Shown here piece after piece: positions 63,602-64,000 of a stretch of DNA of 64,000 nt. The notes beneath the pieces were generated by a model. The model saw only the letters and a list, made by a program, of their open reading frames with translations. It searched no databases and was not told the DNA's origin. Source of the DNA: Nannocystis bainbridge (lineage in GTDB: Bacteria; Myxococcota_A; Polyangia; Nannocystales; Nannocystaceae); assembly GCF_028368995.1 (NCBI RefSeq), contig NZ_JAQNDL010000001.1:1888001-1952000 (forward strand), given 5' to 3'. Positions within the stretch are counted from its first letter, which is position 1. Each line of letters starts with the position of its first letter. The translations under genes and the position numbers were made by a program.

Positions 63602-64000
63602 CTAGAAACCGTCGCGGTCGGTCGCCTTCAGCAGCATCTGCAGCCCGCGCTGCGGCGCCCCGTTCAGCCCCTGCGGCATCTGCCGCAAGATCTCGACCGC
63701 CGCCGCGTACTGCCCGCGCGCCTCGTAGGCGTCGAGCAGCGCCCCGTTGCGATACGAGCGCATGCCCTTGCTGATCGCCATGAAGGCGCGGTGGGCCCCC
63801 GCCTGGTCGCCGAACTCGCTCATCACCTTGCTCACCTCCTCGAGCACCACGTCCGGGTAGCTCTCGGCGCGGGCCTGCTCGATCGCCTGGTCGAGCAGCG
63901 TCTTCGCCACGTCCGTCAGCCCGCCGCGGAACGCCAGCCCCGCCAGCTGCTGCACCGTGTGGCGCCGCTTCGGCAGCTCCTCGCGGGCCCGCGTGAACCA
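63602..64000 (-). CDS. Hypothetical helical-repeat (TPR-like) protein, 5' end outside the window
   Basis: Open frame to the window edge; helical pattern (LLDAYEARGQYAAAVEIL). Confidence 0.6.
   Translation of the reverse strand, partial: WFTRAREELPKRRHTVQQLAGLAFRGGLTDVAKTLLDQAIEQARAESYPDVVLEEVSKVMSEFGDQAGAHRAFMAISKGMRSYRNGALLDAYEARGQYAAAVEILRQMPQGLNGAPQRGLQMLLKATDRDGF

Overview
This is a very GC-rich window that looks myxobacterial. Nannocystaceae is the likely family (inference), based on a MYXO-CTERM protein, Cys-rich lipoproteins, an ECF sigma/Ser-Thr kinase pair and a plesiocin-type RiPP. I find about 50 CDSs and no rRNA, tRNA, CRISPR array or transposase. Housekeeping and signalling genes include pit, polA, a Na+/solute symporter, two histidine kinases, a PAS-STAS protein and three ECF-type sigma factors. 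Accessory genes include a secreted CHAP/FN3 hydrolase, two coupled DEDDh exonucleases, a complete plesiocin-like graspetide cluster (53.2-58.7 kb), a CxCH cytochrome-like lipoprotein and a small protein with three His/Cys/Trp repeats. The strongest unexplained signal is non-coding. A palindromic 10-mer (RGRCATGYCY) recurs in tandem with a strict 14-bp period, in arrays of 2-6 units, at 15 or more loci, mostly at gene boundaries. Several unrelated intergenic tandem repeats (about 33, 126 and 180 bp units) are also present. Start codons were chosen by eye, and family names come from motif recognition, not from database searches.
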